A stretch of 48,970 nt of DNA from Jimgerdemannia flammicorona (Eukaryota): assembly GCA_003990765.1 (NCBI GenBank), contig RBNJ01000034.1, positions 1-48,970 of the forward strand, read 5' to 3'. The notes beneath the pieces are model-generated. The model saw nothing but the letters and a program-made list of their open reading frames with translations. It did no database searches and was not told the origin of the DNA. Both the position numbers and the translations under genes were made by a program. Below, one piece after another: positions 1 through 11,838 of this stretch (positions are counted from its first letter, which is position 1; every line of letters starts with the position of its first letter).

Positions 1-202
1 TCATCAAATTTGGATGATTATTCATCAAATTATTGATGTAAACATTTAATTGTCTAATTTGGAAATCAAAACAATGGTTGATTCGAATCCGATTCGAATC
101 CATCCGGATGGGATTCGAATCCCATCCGAGTTGATCCGGATGGGATTCAATCCGAATCAATCCGAATCCAATCCGGATTAAATTGACTCGTTAGGAGCAC
201 TA
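1..202. mobile_element. Terminus of a probable DNA transposon (hAT/MITE-like) with subterminal ATCCGA/GGATT repeats
   Basis: Dense short direct and inverted repeats (GATTCGAATC, ATCCGGAT, AATCCGAATC) at 80-180 with CpG intact. Read inward, the end is TAGTGCTCCTAACGAG, resembling hAT-type TAG/CAG-starting TIRs. It cuts the Copia protease frame exactly, supplying the TAG stop at 200-202. The other end is outside the window. Confidence 0.45.
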
Positions 203-1641
203 GCCACAAGCCATTATCTTACCTATGGAGAAGAGGTTCTTTTCTATCTCTAGAGTAAACAGTATGTCTCCAAGAGTGGCAGCAGACTCAACAATATTTC
301 CATAGAGATATATCCTTACATTTCTCTTTTCTTGAGTATAGATGATATTATTATCTCTTAACTTGATAGATACAGGATATACAAAAGGCTCATATGGAGA
401 GAACCATTCCCTGTGTGATATCATATGTTGTGTGGCTCTAGAATCTACTAACCAGATATCATTGTTATTGGTTATATTGACAGATTTGCTACTAGTGGAT
501 ATATATTTAGAAAATGAATAATTATTAGTAGTGTTGATATCATTACTACTTTTTGTTGACCAAAAAGTATTTTGCTGACTGAGATTTGTAAATGATAAGT
601 TGGTGGATTTAGCAATAGATCTTATACTAGCAGAACTAGTACTGTTGGTGAAATTAGCAGCTTGTATAAAAAATAGATTATCACTTTTATCAGTTTTAGT
701 AATATTTATATTATCACACTTCTCTCAATAGTTCTCACATCTATATTGCCAATGCTGGCTTCCATGTTGTTGCTTATTTTCACCACTATTTTTGTCATTT
801 TTCCAGCTATAGTAATAGTATTTCCTATGTTCATACTTGCTATAGTATTCATAGTAATCATCATACTTAGTTGATTGACTAGACTGGTTATTATATTGTT
901 GAGCTTAGGTTTGGGTTTGTTCTCTTTGGTCTTATTGTTAACTATGCTTTTGACCTTATTTGGCACTACATCTATGGGATCCATAGAAGGTATTTTTATC
1001 ATCATCAGCACTATTTCCTTAGTATATTTTCTCATTAATGAGGCTTATTATCATATGGATATAATCTGAGTGACTACCCCTCTCATATATGGCTATAATA
1101 ATAACATTATATACATCCAGAAGCCTCTTTGTGAGGGAATTCACTTAATTCACAAGATTGTTAAATTAATTAACATAATTATAAATGCACTCCTCTTTAT
1201 TCATATATTAAATAATTGAGATTTCAGATGAAATTAATTGGATATAGATACTTGCATATAATGAGTATATAGAATCTCCCATATATTATAAGCTGTTGTA
1301 GTGTGCATTATGAGCTTTATTTGCAAGTTTGACAATATAAATATAATCTCACATAATGCTTGATAATTGTTTATAATATCATAATCTTAAATTAGTACTT
1401 GTGACTTCATATACTCTACTAAGCCACATTTGTCAAGAAGATTTGTCATATGAAATACCCAAATAGTATAGCCTCTTCTGTGGAAGATCAGAATGGACCT
1501 CTTGGCTATATTTATGCTAATAACTAGAACTATATTTCCTATACTTATTGAGATTATACCTATGGTTAACAGAATGCTCATGATTGGTATATTTATTTCC
1601 ATGCTTATATTACTAGGCTGATCATCAGACATTTCTAGCAT
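203..1641 (-). pseudogene. Copia gag-protease pseudogene
   Basis: Gag N-terminal motif FHRRGYTIWVFHMTNLLDKCGL (~1430-1490); UBN2-like TTAYNIWEILYTHY...SN*FHLKSQL (~1150-1330); protease WLVDSRATQHMISHREWF...NLFSIGKI (203-455). Many stops and a deletion. Confidence 0.85.
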
Positions 1642-1686
1642 AGTGTATTTTAAACAGATGTTTTGCTATAGCCACTCAGCACTAGT

Positions 1687-1699
1687 GGGGCTCATAATC
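1687..1699 (-). promoter_or_regulatory. Copia primer-binding site (half tRNA-iMet type)
   Basis: Minus strand reads GATTATGAGCCCC, one G-to-A change from the GGTTATGAGCCC motif of copia/Ty5-type elements, immediately after the LTR. Confidence 0.7.
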
Positions 1700-1701
1700 T
1701 T

Positions 1702-1833
1702 TATTATAAAGAGAGACAATTTTATTGAAGTTATATAGATCATATATGTATTTCTTATATTACTAATGAATAATATATATCTGATAAAATGCTATAAGGT
1801 TATATACTGGCATATCAAGTTGCTATCCCAATA
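1702..1833 (-). repeat. Copia 5' LTR (~130 bp, mutated)
   Basis: Starts TATTGGGATAGCA on minus (mutated TGTTGGGA) and ends next to the PBS; G1 RNase H homology begins at 1834. The partner LTR is not in the window. Confidence 0.55.
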
Positions 1834-3009
1834 GAGATATATGATAATATACTCTACTTTGTCTTTCTTCTAAATCAGAACTGCTCCTAGTCCTTAGATG
1901 AATTCCTGAGACCAATCTAGTCTTCTGAGAATAGATGCTTAGATTAGTCTAATCTTGACTTGTCAAATACTTTCTGTTATCTACTGGTCTATTGGAACTT
2001 AACATTCTTCTTATTGAGTTTATAGATTGGGCGTGTAATATTAGAGAATTTTCTAATAAATCTATAACAGTATAAGATAAGTCTTATGAAGACTTAGACT
2101 TCTATAATAGTAGTAGACCTTGGATATACTATTACTGGTTAAATCTTGAGAGAGTCTGTGTGTATTCCATCTCAGTTAATAATGTGGTCAAGATAGGAGA
2201 TCTCAATTTCTGTAAATTTGTACTTTTTGGGCTTAGTATATAGACCATACTTCCTTAGCTTCTCCATCATCTGCTGGATATACTGCAGATACTCTTCTGG
2301 TGTCTTACTATAGATAATTACATCATCTATATAAACCATTATCCATCTTCTTATATTATAGTAAAGATTTATTTATTATTTACTAGAAACTTAATAGAAT
2401 ATTATATATTCTAAATAGTATTTATAGGTAGATATAGGTTCTATCTAGCATAATAAAGACTAACTTCTCAGTTGCTACTTCTATGAGACTGATTTGATAG
2501 GATCCTGAGTATAGATCTAAGATACTATAATACTATACTTTATCTCCCAAAGTTATAAGAATATCACTGATAAGAGATAATGATTGGTAATTCTTCTTAG
2601 TATCTAGGTTAAGTTATAATCAGTATATAGTCTTGGAGCAAATTCTCCTAATTTGCTTTCTTTTTTCAGAGCTAGTATGACTGGTGAAGTCTAAAGACTA
2701 CTAGTTTCTTTAATAATATTAGCTTCTATTTGCTTGATTTCTTCTCTGAGCTATTTATATTAAGCTAGTGGGATGAGTCTTATCTTCTAATAGATTAATT
2801 CAGTATCTTCTATATCTACATTATGATAATAGTATTGGGTCTTTTCTTTGATATTCTAGAAGTCTGTAACCAGAATATTCTCAAATTTATAAAGTATTCT
2901 CTTGAGTTTCTTTTTAAGTGAGAATTTATTTCTAATGATATAGCTATAATTACAGGTTCCTTCTTCTTATAGTCCAGTTTAGTGATTTTGCTATTAGTAA
3001 ATACCACTT

Positions 3010-3430
3010 TTCCAGCAGATCCAAATTTATTCCTTCTTCTTTCTGTTTTCTCTAACTTTCTGATTTCTATGATCTTTGGCTATAAAACTAGAAAGATCAA
3101 CATCTATACTAGTCAGTCCTTCTTCTTGATTGGAAATAAAATTGTAGGATTGTAGTTTCTAGTAATAAGTAGTATTGTTCCAATATAGTCTGAATCAATG
3201 TCTTCTTCTTCAATAGTGATTTTACTTCTAGCCAGACTACTTCTTGTCTTGAGGATTCTAATGTAGTTTTTTGGAATAGTTATCTCTAGATCAGTTACAT
3301 ATAAGTAGGATAGTTGTCTAGAGCTTAAGTATAGTTTTCTCTACTATAGTGATATCTATTCCAGCTATACTCTCTAACTTATATTCTGATAGAACTACAT
3401 CAGAGTGGATCTTCTGAATCTTGACCTTAA
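3010..3430 (-). pseudogene. dUTPase domain of G1
   Basis: KTRSSLARSKITIEEEDIDSDYIG...RRRNKFGSAG corresponds to decayed trimeric dUTPase motifs II, III and V; collinear with the G3 dUTPase. Confidence 0.85.
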
Positions 3431-4663
3431 TTTTTTCTTCATTTTCACTATTCTCTAGAAGGGCTGATAGTTCATCATCCTCCTCTTTCTTTGTTTTTTT
3501 TTTCTTTTTCCTCTCTTGTATAATTCTTGAGAGTCATCTGTCTTCTTTGGTGATAGATCTTCTTAATTTTACTAGTATACTGATAGTAGTCATTGATATA
3601 CTCTATATAGTATATCCTGATTCCATAGGAGCAGACTCCTTATAAAGCATATCCTTTTAAACCAGTCTTCTTCACTCATCTATCTACTTTTCTTCTTCTT
3701 TTTCTGAGTAATTACTATATAAGCTTCTTTTTGCTCACTTTCCTCTTTCTCTATTATAGATAGAACTTCTTTGTTGATATTGATAGAAATTTACATCTCT
3801 TATTCATAGTAGATAATCTGTATTTTCTGGGCATTAAGGTCAATTATTACTCTGGCTTTATGAAGTCATTGGTTGCTAATGAGGATGTTATAGTTGGTTG
3901 TATTGGTTACAATCACATTCACTGAGATAATTACTTCTCTGAACTTGATGGAAATATTTTGGATCCTTTCCAGAGATGTAGCTCTTATACTATCTATTAT
4001 GATAAATACTAACTTGATTACTTCTTCAACCTCTCATCTTAGGTAGTCTACTGTCTTCTTGCTGAGAAGATATCCTCCTTCTCCAGTATCAATAATGGCT
4101 TTGAAAACTCTGTCATTGATCTGATAGATTATATAAACAAAGATCTTACAATTATCTTCAATCTCTTCCCCAGAGTCTTCTTGAATAGTATTAATCTTGA
4201 TTATCTTCCAACCTTAGTTCTTAGCTATCTCAGTGAGTTCAAATCTCATTTGTCATATAAATATAGAAATTTCTGCCAATTGGCCAAAGGTTGTATTGAT
4301 CTTTTATTGGCTGAGATCTTTGAAGATATCATATTGGAAGATCTTGATCTTATAAAGCTTCTTCTTCTTTTCTCTCTTACTAGTCAAGATAGTTTCTCAG
4401 ATAATGTCTTCAACTACTTGCTCAAGCTCTATATCTTGGTTTATTTCTTTAGCTTAACTTTCTATAGTAGTCTCTATTTGTCTTTTCACTAGGTTCTTCT
4501 TGAGTATTTCTGATAGTCTCTTATAAGGCTCTTTGTAGATATCTTTCTTAGTGATCTAAGCAGAGTAGGCTTTCTATTCTTCTTTATCAGTTTCTTCAAT
4601 TTTTTCAAAAGTGATAGTATTGGCCTATTCTTTATTTTGGATAGTATTGCTTGACTAAGCCTT

Positions 4664-4676
4664 ATACTTACTTTTA
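4664..4676 (+). repeat. Target-site duplication of LINE-A, left copy (right copy 10436-10448)
   Basis: ATACTTACTTTTA occurs both before the LINE 5' end and directly after the poly(A). Confidence 0.9.
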
Positions 4677-4791
4677 CCAGGAGTCACCACCTTTCACCAG
4701 TAACATTCAGGTGATATGAGACTCAGACAATACTTTTTACAATATTTTTGGTAATAGATGACTATCAACATAAATAGCAATGATCACACTG

Positions 4792-6679
4792 ATGAGCATG
4801 CTAGCCAGGGAGGCAGTGGTGCCTTTGGCTGATATGTAGTAAGTTGGGAGGAGGGGAGATGGTTTGGAGATACCAGGGGTCTTTATGGCCAGCTGAGGTA
4901 CTGGTGGTGGAGGGAGGGGTAGTCTGAGGCAACAAGGAGGGGAGAGATCAACCTTTGCTGACAAGGTCAAGATGGGGAGAATGGCCTCTGGTCTGGATAG
5001 TTGGCTGGACCTGGGAAAGGCATTGATAGCTACTACTGGGAGCTAGGGAGGGGGGCCCAGGGGAGTATCTGGTAGTAGGAGAGGGGGGAGAGTAGGGGCT
5101 GGAGATGTGACTGATGATGGGGCTGGGACTGGAGATTTGGAAAAAAATCCAGATGTGACAGTGGTTGATGGTTCAGGACAGGGGGTGGGCATGAGGCCCA
5201 GGGACCTGACAGATAGGATGATGGACATAGTGTCAGCACTGTTACTCAAGAAATCAAAGTTGGAATTTGCTATCACATTATATTTCAGAGACTTTATAGT
5301 GACTGTAAGGATAATCTTAGAGCTGGTGGCACAGGAGGCAAAAGGGGCAGCATTGTTGAAGTTTTTGAAGGAGAAAGAAGAGGTCAAGGTGGGGTTTGAG
5401 AAGGAGGAAGCATTGCTGGCTGCTATGGAGAAGAAGGTAATAGTAGGCAGAGTTGTGGTCTCTATTGCCAGGTGTATATACTGGGACCCCCAAGTGGTGC
5501 AGTTGACAGTATTGGATCTTTCTACAGTATCAAGGGAGAGGGCCAGGAAGTTGATTATGGGGGTGGTCAAGGAGTATAGAGAGATTGTGGACATCAGGTT
5601 TAAGGTCTGGGAGGGTACAGAGCTCCAGACTAGTGATGTCGATATCTGGGTGAGGCTGGCTGGAAAGGAGGCCACAGGAAAGACCAGGGATTGGCTGGCA
5701 ACTCTGAAGTGGGGACAAGATCACATGGGTGAAGGAGACTCAGGAAGAGGAGGAAGATTTGCTTGAGGCTCTGGAGGATCTGGAGGGGATAGTTGAGAGG
5801 AGAAGATTGGCTTGGAAGGAGTATGAAGCCAAGACAGTGGTGGAAGTCATTGATGGGAAGAGGATCAGGATGGACTAGGAGACCTTGGAGAAGATGCAAG
5901 GGAGGAGAATCCAGAAGGAGCTGCTGAAGAGATTGGGCAGTGGTGGGGCTGGTAGCAGTACAGGGGATGGGAGAACAGAATTGAGTGAGAGTGCCTGGGT
6001 GGGGAAATGTAGGATGGCCCAAGGTGGGGCCCAGGATGGACCAAGGGAGGAGAGGCAGAGCAGTGTGGAGGCAGATGTAGAAATGAGCAAAGGAGCACAC
6101 CCTCAGTATAGTGTCCTGGGTGGGGCAGAGGGTGAGGAGGAGTTGTTGGATATATCAGATAAGGAGTGGAATGAGTCAGTGAGGAGGAGCACTTTGGTGG
6201 ACCTGGAGGTGGGGGGTGATAGGGTCACCCAGGGTATAGTAGAGGCAGTGGATGAGAAGAAGTGGCTGTGGAAGACTCTGGAAGGAGTGGCAGTGGAGGA
6301 GCTGGGGAGAGAAGACTTCCAAGTTATAGAAGAGAGGTATTGGGAGGAAATCCTTCATGGTGAGGAGGTACCAAGAAAGGTTAGGAATGAGATCCTGGTG
6401 GTTCTCTTGAAATTAGTTAAATACCAAGTTGATGATCAGAGAGAGGAGGAACTTAGAGAGATTGCAAATGATCAGGCAGCATACTTGTGGGGTTTGAGAA
6501 AGGACTTGGAGAAGTGGAGAGTAGTCTGCACTAACTATCAGTTGGAGATGGAGATGGTGAATAGAATAGAATGTCAAGAAATCTTAGAAGCACTGGATGC
6601 TCAGGCTGTAGCAGAGGGTGACTTGGAAGTAGAGCAGTGCTTGGATCTGACTGGGGATAAGATGAGTATGGAATACTAG
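4792..6679 (+). pseudogene. LINE-A ORF1 (RRM-like core plus acidic C-terminal region)
   Basis: ORF pieces 5107-5766 and 5885-6679 are homologous to 20043-20687/21246-21875 and 46843-47154 (e.g. IARCIYWDPQVVQL vs IARYLKWDPRVVQL). The start position is approximate. Confidence 0.8.
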
Positions 6680-6710
6680 GCTGGGGTCTCAAATTCAAAC
6701 ATTATTTAAT

Positions 6711-9700
6711 ATGAACAATATAACTAAAATATTCTCTTTGAATGTAAATGAGTTGCAGGGGGCAGCTAGGAGAAAGTACATATTTGGATGGCTAAAGGGA
6801 CTGGAGGTGGATCTCTTCTTATTGCAGGATGTCCATTATGAGGTAGATGTTGACTTATAGGACTGGACTAAGGAATGGGGGGGGGGGCAGCAGTGTGGAT
6901 AGAGAGAGTGGGTATCCTAGTTCAAAAGGGGATGAGGGATATTGGAAACATTGGACACTAGGGGAATTGGTTGGTATAGGGAGTGTAAAAGAGGCCTGGA
7001 TGGAGCCCATTGATAGTTGGGTCATGTTACTGCCCAGTGGAGTGGGGGGAATGAGTGGATTGGATTCAAAGTTTGAAAGAGGCTGGTGTCTTAAGTGAGG
7101 TTGGGTTGGACTTCCTGGGGGATGACTTCAATATGATATGGAATAAGGGGATGGACAGGACAGATAGAGGGAGAGGCATGAGGAGCAGGAGTGGTGGGGT
7201 GGATGATTGGTTGGAGATGGAGAGGTTGGGTTCTTTGGTTGATTCAGAGAGACAGTTTTGGAGCAATCATCAGATCTATACTCACTGGGTGACAGGGCTG
7301 GGCTTCAGGATCAATTGGATCTTGATGGTAGAATGCTGGGGAGTAGATATTTGGACAATGCTGGAGGTGGTTTAGTGTCCATAGTCAGACCACTGAAGTC
7401 TGTTAGGAGGGGGGAGGTTTGGGAGAAGTGGAGATAGACCTGGACATTGGCAACTAAATTCTTCTTTGTTAGAGAATGGGGCTTTATAGGAGGACTGGGA
7501 AAAGGAGATCATTGGGAAAATTGAGAGGTGGTTGGAACAGGGCCTGGTAATTGGGGACCACTAGAGGAGGCTGAAAGCAAGTACGAGAGAAGTAGGGAAA
7601 GGAAGGTGGCTTAGTGGTGACAGAAGATGCTATGGGCCTTGCAGTGATTGGTGGTACTCCTGGGGAGATGGGCAGGGGTACTGGAAGACTGGGAGGTGGC
7701 CAACTGGCATATTGTGAGAATCCAGAAGGAAGTTGAGGAGCTTAAGGAGGTGTTATGTAGGGAGGAAGAGGTTAGGCTGAAGGGGATGGTGGCATAGCTG
7801 AGGTGGCAGGGACTTGAGGAGAGAGAGAGACCCATTAGATTTTTATTGTGAATGTTACAAGTGTAGAGGACTAAGCAGCAGTGGGATGGGCTCTTGGATG
7901 TGGATGGGGAGATAGTGGTAGGGACTCTGGTGATTCTGAGATTGCTGAGGACCCATTAGGAGGATTTGTAGAGCAAGGAGGAAGGGAAGAGGATGCCTTG
8001 AACATTGAGAGACAGCTGGAGGATTGGTATCTGGACTCTGCAATGGGCCTAGAGACTCCAGGAGATCTGGTGAGAGGAGAGGAAATTTGCAAGGTCTTGG
8101 CTATGACAAGTAAAGGGACAGCTCTAGGTGAGGATGGACTTCCTTGAGATTTCTGAAAGAAGATGGCTGGGGTGGCAGTGGTATTGGAGGAATTGATGGA
8201 AATGTATAGTGAGGTTCTTTGGTCTGGAACTTGGATTGGGGGCCAGTGCCTTAGGCTGGTCTCCTTGCTCTATAAAGATAAGGAGAGATGGGAAGATTGG
8301 AAGAACTGGTGGCCTATTATGCTACTTGACATAGACTGCAAACTGGTGATAAAGATATTGGTGACAAGGCTGCAGAGAATTGCTCAGCAAGTACTAGGTG
8401 TGGAGCAAAGAGGGTTTGTTGGTGGCCAGTTGATCTGAGATGGGATGGCTTGGATACATGGTGTGATTGAAGGGGCCCAGGCTACAGAGATGGATAGCAG
8501 ATTGGTTTTCTTAGATCAGGAGAAGGCATATGATAGAGTAAGGAGGATCTGGCTAAAGGGAGTGTTGAAATGGGTTGGTGTGCCCCCAGGGTTCCAAAGG
8601 TCATTGATCAGTCTTTTGGAAAACAGTCAGGCAGTATTGGTCATCAATGGCCACAGGGGGGTAACCTTTCCACTTGGTCATAGAGTGCCACAAGGAGATT
8701 CTTTGTCACCCATCTTGTATGCCCTTTCTCTAGAGACCCTACTAGACAGGATCTGGCATCAAATTGAGAGTTTGGACATTCTAGGGATAAATTGGAAGGT
8801 GGGGGCCTTTGTGGATAATATGGTGATTAGACTGGGCTTATTGGCAGATGTGGGGGAATTGTGAAGATCAGTGGAATGGTATGAGAGCAGCTCCAGTACT
8901 AAACTCAATTGGCACAAATACAAGACTCTGGTGCTAGGTGATGGAATCATTTATGGTGTCATGATTGGGACAGTGGTACTAGTAGAAGAGCTTGTTCATT
9001 ACCTGGGAATCTACTTCTTGGTATATGGGTCCCTTCTACCCTATGCCTGATAGGAATAGCGACTTCTGGTGTGGGGAAATGTGCTTTTGTGGTGGGGTGG
9101 TTGGCATTTATCCTTGGTAGAAAGGGTGATGGTATTGAATGTATATTGGCTGCCAAAGCTGTGGTATGTGGGGTATTATCTGGACTTCCCAGCTTGAGTG
9201 GTCAGGAGGCTACTGAAGATGGTGAGATCATGGATCTGGACAGGGTGGTGAAGTTAGATAGGATGGAAGGTTCTGACCCTACCAGTGGAAAGAGGCAGGC
9301 TGGGTTTAGTGGATTTTACCAAATATCTTCATTGCTTGAGAGCATGGTAGCTGAGGAGGGTAAGTGAGCTGAGGGACCAGAAGTGGGTACCACTCATGCA
9401 GAGGGTGTGAGAGGCCCAGTATTCCCCCCATGGAGCTTCTGGCAATCTGCTTGATGGTGGCCATGGATGAGAGCAGGAGGATGCAATATAAGGGCTTTTG
9501 GTGGGGGGTAGTAGATGGTGCTAGGAGAATTGGACTTCAGTGACAGAGTGATGAGGGAGAGGAGGATTGGGGACCATAGATGTGGAGATGGGACAGGTTA
9601 CTGCTAGGCAGGGTTTTGGTGGAGGATTTCTAGCTCAGCAATAGAATAGAGTATTTGCAGGGCTTAGGTGAGGACTTTTGGCCAGAAGCCTGACAGAGGG

Positions 9701-10345
9701 TTGGGATTGGTGAGGAGTGAGACTGGAATGGTCTCTGGCTTTGGAGCAAGTGGATGGTGCAGTGACTACCCCCCAAGTTCTGAGTGGTATAGTGGTGAGT
9801 TCTATGGTAGAATGTGATATTGAACTATCAGTCTGAGTACTTGGTGGCTGATGGTATGTTTGAGTGTGAGGAATGTTTTAATGTTGGGTAGGAAGGGGGA
9901 GTGATACAAACACCTGAACATTGGCTTGGTGAGTGTGACATTTTGGGGGTGTTTTGGGACTGTATTGCAGACTGGTTAGGGCTGTATGCCCTAGAGGGAG
10001 GGGAAGGGGAGAGATGGGGAGAGCTCCACTGAAGGCTTGTAGGAGGGGTTGGGGATGAATGGCTGATCCTCAGTTGGGCTCTGGCTATATGGATTGGGCT
10101 GGCTGAGCATTGGTTACATGGGCCAGTGGATTGGAGTTAGAGATAGAGTAATGTATTGAGAATGGTTATTACTGGATATTTTGAATGGCTGGTGGAGAGG
10201 GTGGGGGTCAGGTGGGGAGAGTCACTGGGGTTTAGTATAGTGTATTTTCCAAAAAAGTGGCAGGAGAATTTGGGTGGTGGGTGACTGGGTTGTCCTTCAG
10301 CAAGAGAGAGTAGAGAGTGGAGGAGGGAATCTGAGGGGTATTGGT
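6711..10345 (+). pseudogene. LINE-A ORF2 (APE endonuclease, RT, C-terminal Cys/His domain)
   Basis: IFSLNVN, LLQDVH, DDFN, RINW, SDH (APE); WPIMLLDID, QRGFVGG, LDQEKAYDRV, VPQGDSLSPILY, AFVDNM (RT); CEEC...EHWLGEC near 9865-9940. Frameshifts and stops. Confidence 0.93.
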
Positions 10346-10436
10346 TGAGAGAATGGGGGAATATTGTATTATTATTATTATAGATGGTAGTAATAAAGAG
10401 AAGTCCAAGTGACTATAAAAAAAAAAAAAAAAAAAA

Positions 10437-11248
10437 TACTTACTTTTATTTATATCAATTTATAAGAGTAATGGCCTTCTTCTCTACAGCTATAGTAGAT
10501 ATCTCTCTTCTTGTCTGAGATAGTAGCAAACTTCTGAACTGAGTGATGATCTCTTTCTCTAATTTCCTTTACTATATCTTCTAGATGGGTGATCATTTTA
10601 GTAAACTTCTTGGTAAGTTTCTTTATTAGGTCACTGTTTCTCTACTGCTTAATAGCTCTTAGTTAAGGTATATTTTGATTAATCACTTGATAGAGATCAT
10701 ACTGATTATCTTAGGTACTTCAATTCTAACTTCAGTAACTCTTTCTATTATATGGTCTTATAGATATCTAGCTATTCAGTATTGCTAAGCATAGGTGACC
10801 TTCTGTAGTAGGTCTAAGATTACTAGTAATGAGCAAATAACCATGACTATCTCTAGGTAGATTTCTTTCATAAAGATTACTTCAGCTACTGTATTAGCAT
10901 AATTAGTGAGAATTATCTGATATTGGATTCTGATATAAAATATAGTTAGATCTTTACTCATTTCTTGGTATATTATATTGAGCTGATTTTTCAGAGCTTA
11001 CTTAGTCTTATCTATATATGTAGTGGGTAGTTTAGAGTCAAGCCTTTTGTACTATTAGCATAACATCATCATCTACTCCTTTATATAAATACTACTCTTG
11101 CTAGACCTCAGAGATTAAAGAGCATAAGAACTACTTGCTATCTTACTATTAGGGTTCTTATAGTAGCATATTACTTGAAATTATCAATAAAGGTAATAAT
11201 CAATTTATCTGAAGTATATTTATAGGATACTGGTGATCTTATATCCAT
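10437..11248 (-). pseudogene. G1 gag with decayed CCHC zinc knuckle
   Basis: IYYSCREEGHYS at ~10465-10500 (compare G3 YFRCREEGHNTKNC). The N-terminus MDIRSPVSYKY...FIDNFK aligns with G3 gag. Confidence 0.75.
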
Positions 11249-11341
11249 CTTGTCTGGATGTCTTGGTTTAATTTTTGTAGTTGTTCAGATGGTAGTAATT
11301 GTTCATTATTTAGCTTGAAAGTGTGGAATTTATCTTAAATT

Positions 11342-11359
11342 ACTAGCCAATGGGTCCCA
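11342..11359 (-). promoter_or_regulatory. G1 putative primer-binding site
   Basis: Minus strand TGGGACCCATTGGCT, 3 nt after the LTR end; matches G3 TGGTGCCCATTGGCT. Primer tRNA not identified. Confidence 0.6.
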
Positions 11360-11362
11360 AGT

Positions 11363-11838
11363 TATAATATAGTAGATATGTAACTATAAAAATATATCAG
11401 ATTTCTGTATCTTGAAAACTTGATCTTATTCAGACCATTGCAGAGTCCTCAGGGTGTAGGGGTGTAAGTTTGAAGTATATATATCTATAGGCTTACTAGT
11501 TCTCTCACTTTTTCTTTGATTTGAACTATTTTGATCTGAGGTTTATTTACTCTATATACTGGATATTTATACAAGTTTGCTGGTTATAGAGTGGCTAAGT
11601 TATGAGTCACTTTTTATAAGTATCAAATCTTTTAACATCTGCTAGGATTTTGACAATTTCAAGAATTTCAATATTAACAAAATCTTAGCAATTGTTAAAG
11701 TTTCTATTTTTGCTAAAATAACTACTATTTTTAAGAGTATATAATATTTAGAAATCAGATTCAGATACTGGGATCAAATATCTATTCTTCTGATTTATAT
11801 TACTAATTCAGATCAACTATTATAAATATCTTTACTAT
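11363..11838 (-). repeat. G1 5' LTR, partial (cut by G2)
   Basis: Begins at the position equivalent to the G3 LTR end. TATA-like TGTATAAATAT (~11563-11573) and AATAAA (~11542-11547) on minus have similar spacing to the G3 LTR. Confidence 0.55.

Larger units (their letters stand above)
203..1833 (-). mobile_element. Ty1/Copia LTR retrotransposon, 5' part (LTR, PBS, gag, protease), degenerate
   Basis: Short LTR, Copia-type PBS, gag motifs and Copia protease motif occur in the correct order on the minus strand. It is inserted in the G1 RNase H region. Confidence 0.85.
1834..4676 (-). pseudogene. G1 pol pseudogene (protease, dUTPase, RT, start of RNase H)
   Basis: Protease FKAIIDTG at ~4082-4105, RT MVYIDDV at ~2320-2340, RNase H LGAVLI near 1875-1895. 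Many TAA/TAG stops. Confidence 0.88.
4677..10436 (+). mobile_element. LINE-A: full-length L1/Tx1-type non-LTR retrotransposon, degenerate
   Basis: ORF1 plus APE-RT ORF2, AATAAA at 10392, poly(A) 10417-10436 and a 13-bp TSD. 5' and 3' ends are homologous to LINE-B. Confidence 0.95.
1834..11838 (-). mobile_element. Ty3/Gypsy element G1 (dUTPase-bearing, related to G3), heavily mutated, interrupted by LINE-A
   Basis: LTR-PBS-gag-CCHC-protease-dUTPase-RT-RNase H order on minus. Nucleotide similarity to G3 at RNase H (1860-1960 vs 41370-41500) and at the leader/PBS (11310-11365 vs 45125-45190). Confidence 0.9.

Noticed and set aside
80-180. Possible CRISPR or satellite array
   Set aside because: Short irregular motifs without constant repeat-spacer periodicity, in a eukaryotic TE context.
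706-1069. Hydrophobic small ORFs resembling membrane proteins
   Set aside because: They are alternative frames of the mutated Copia gag-protease linker.
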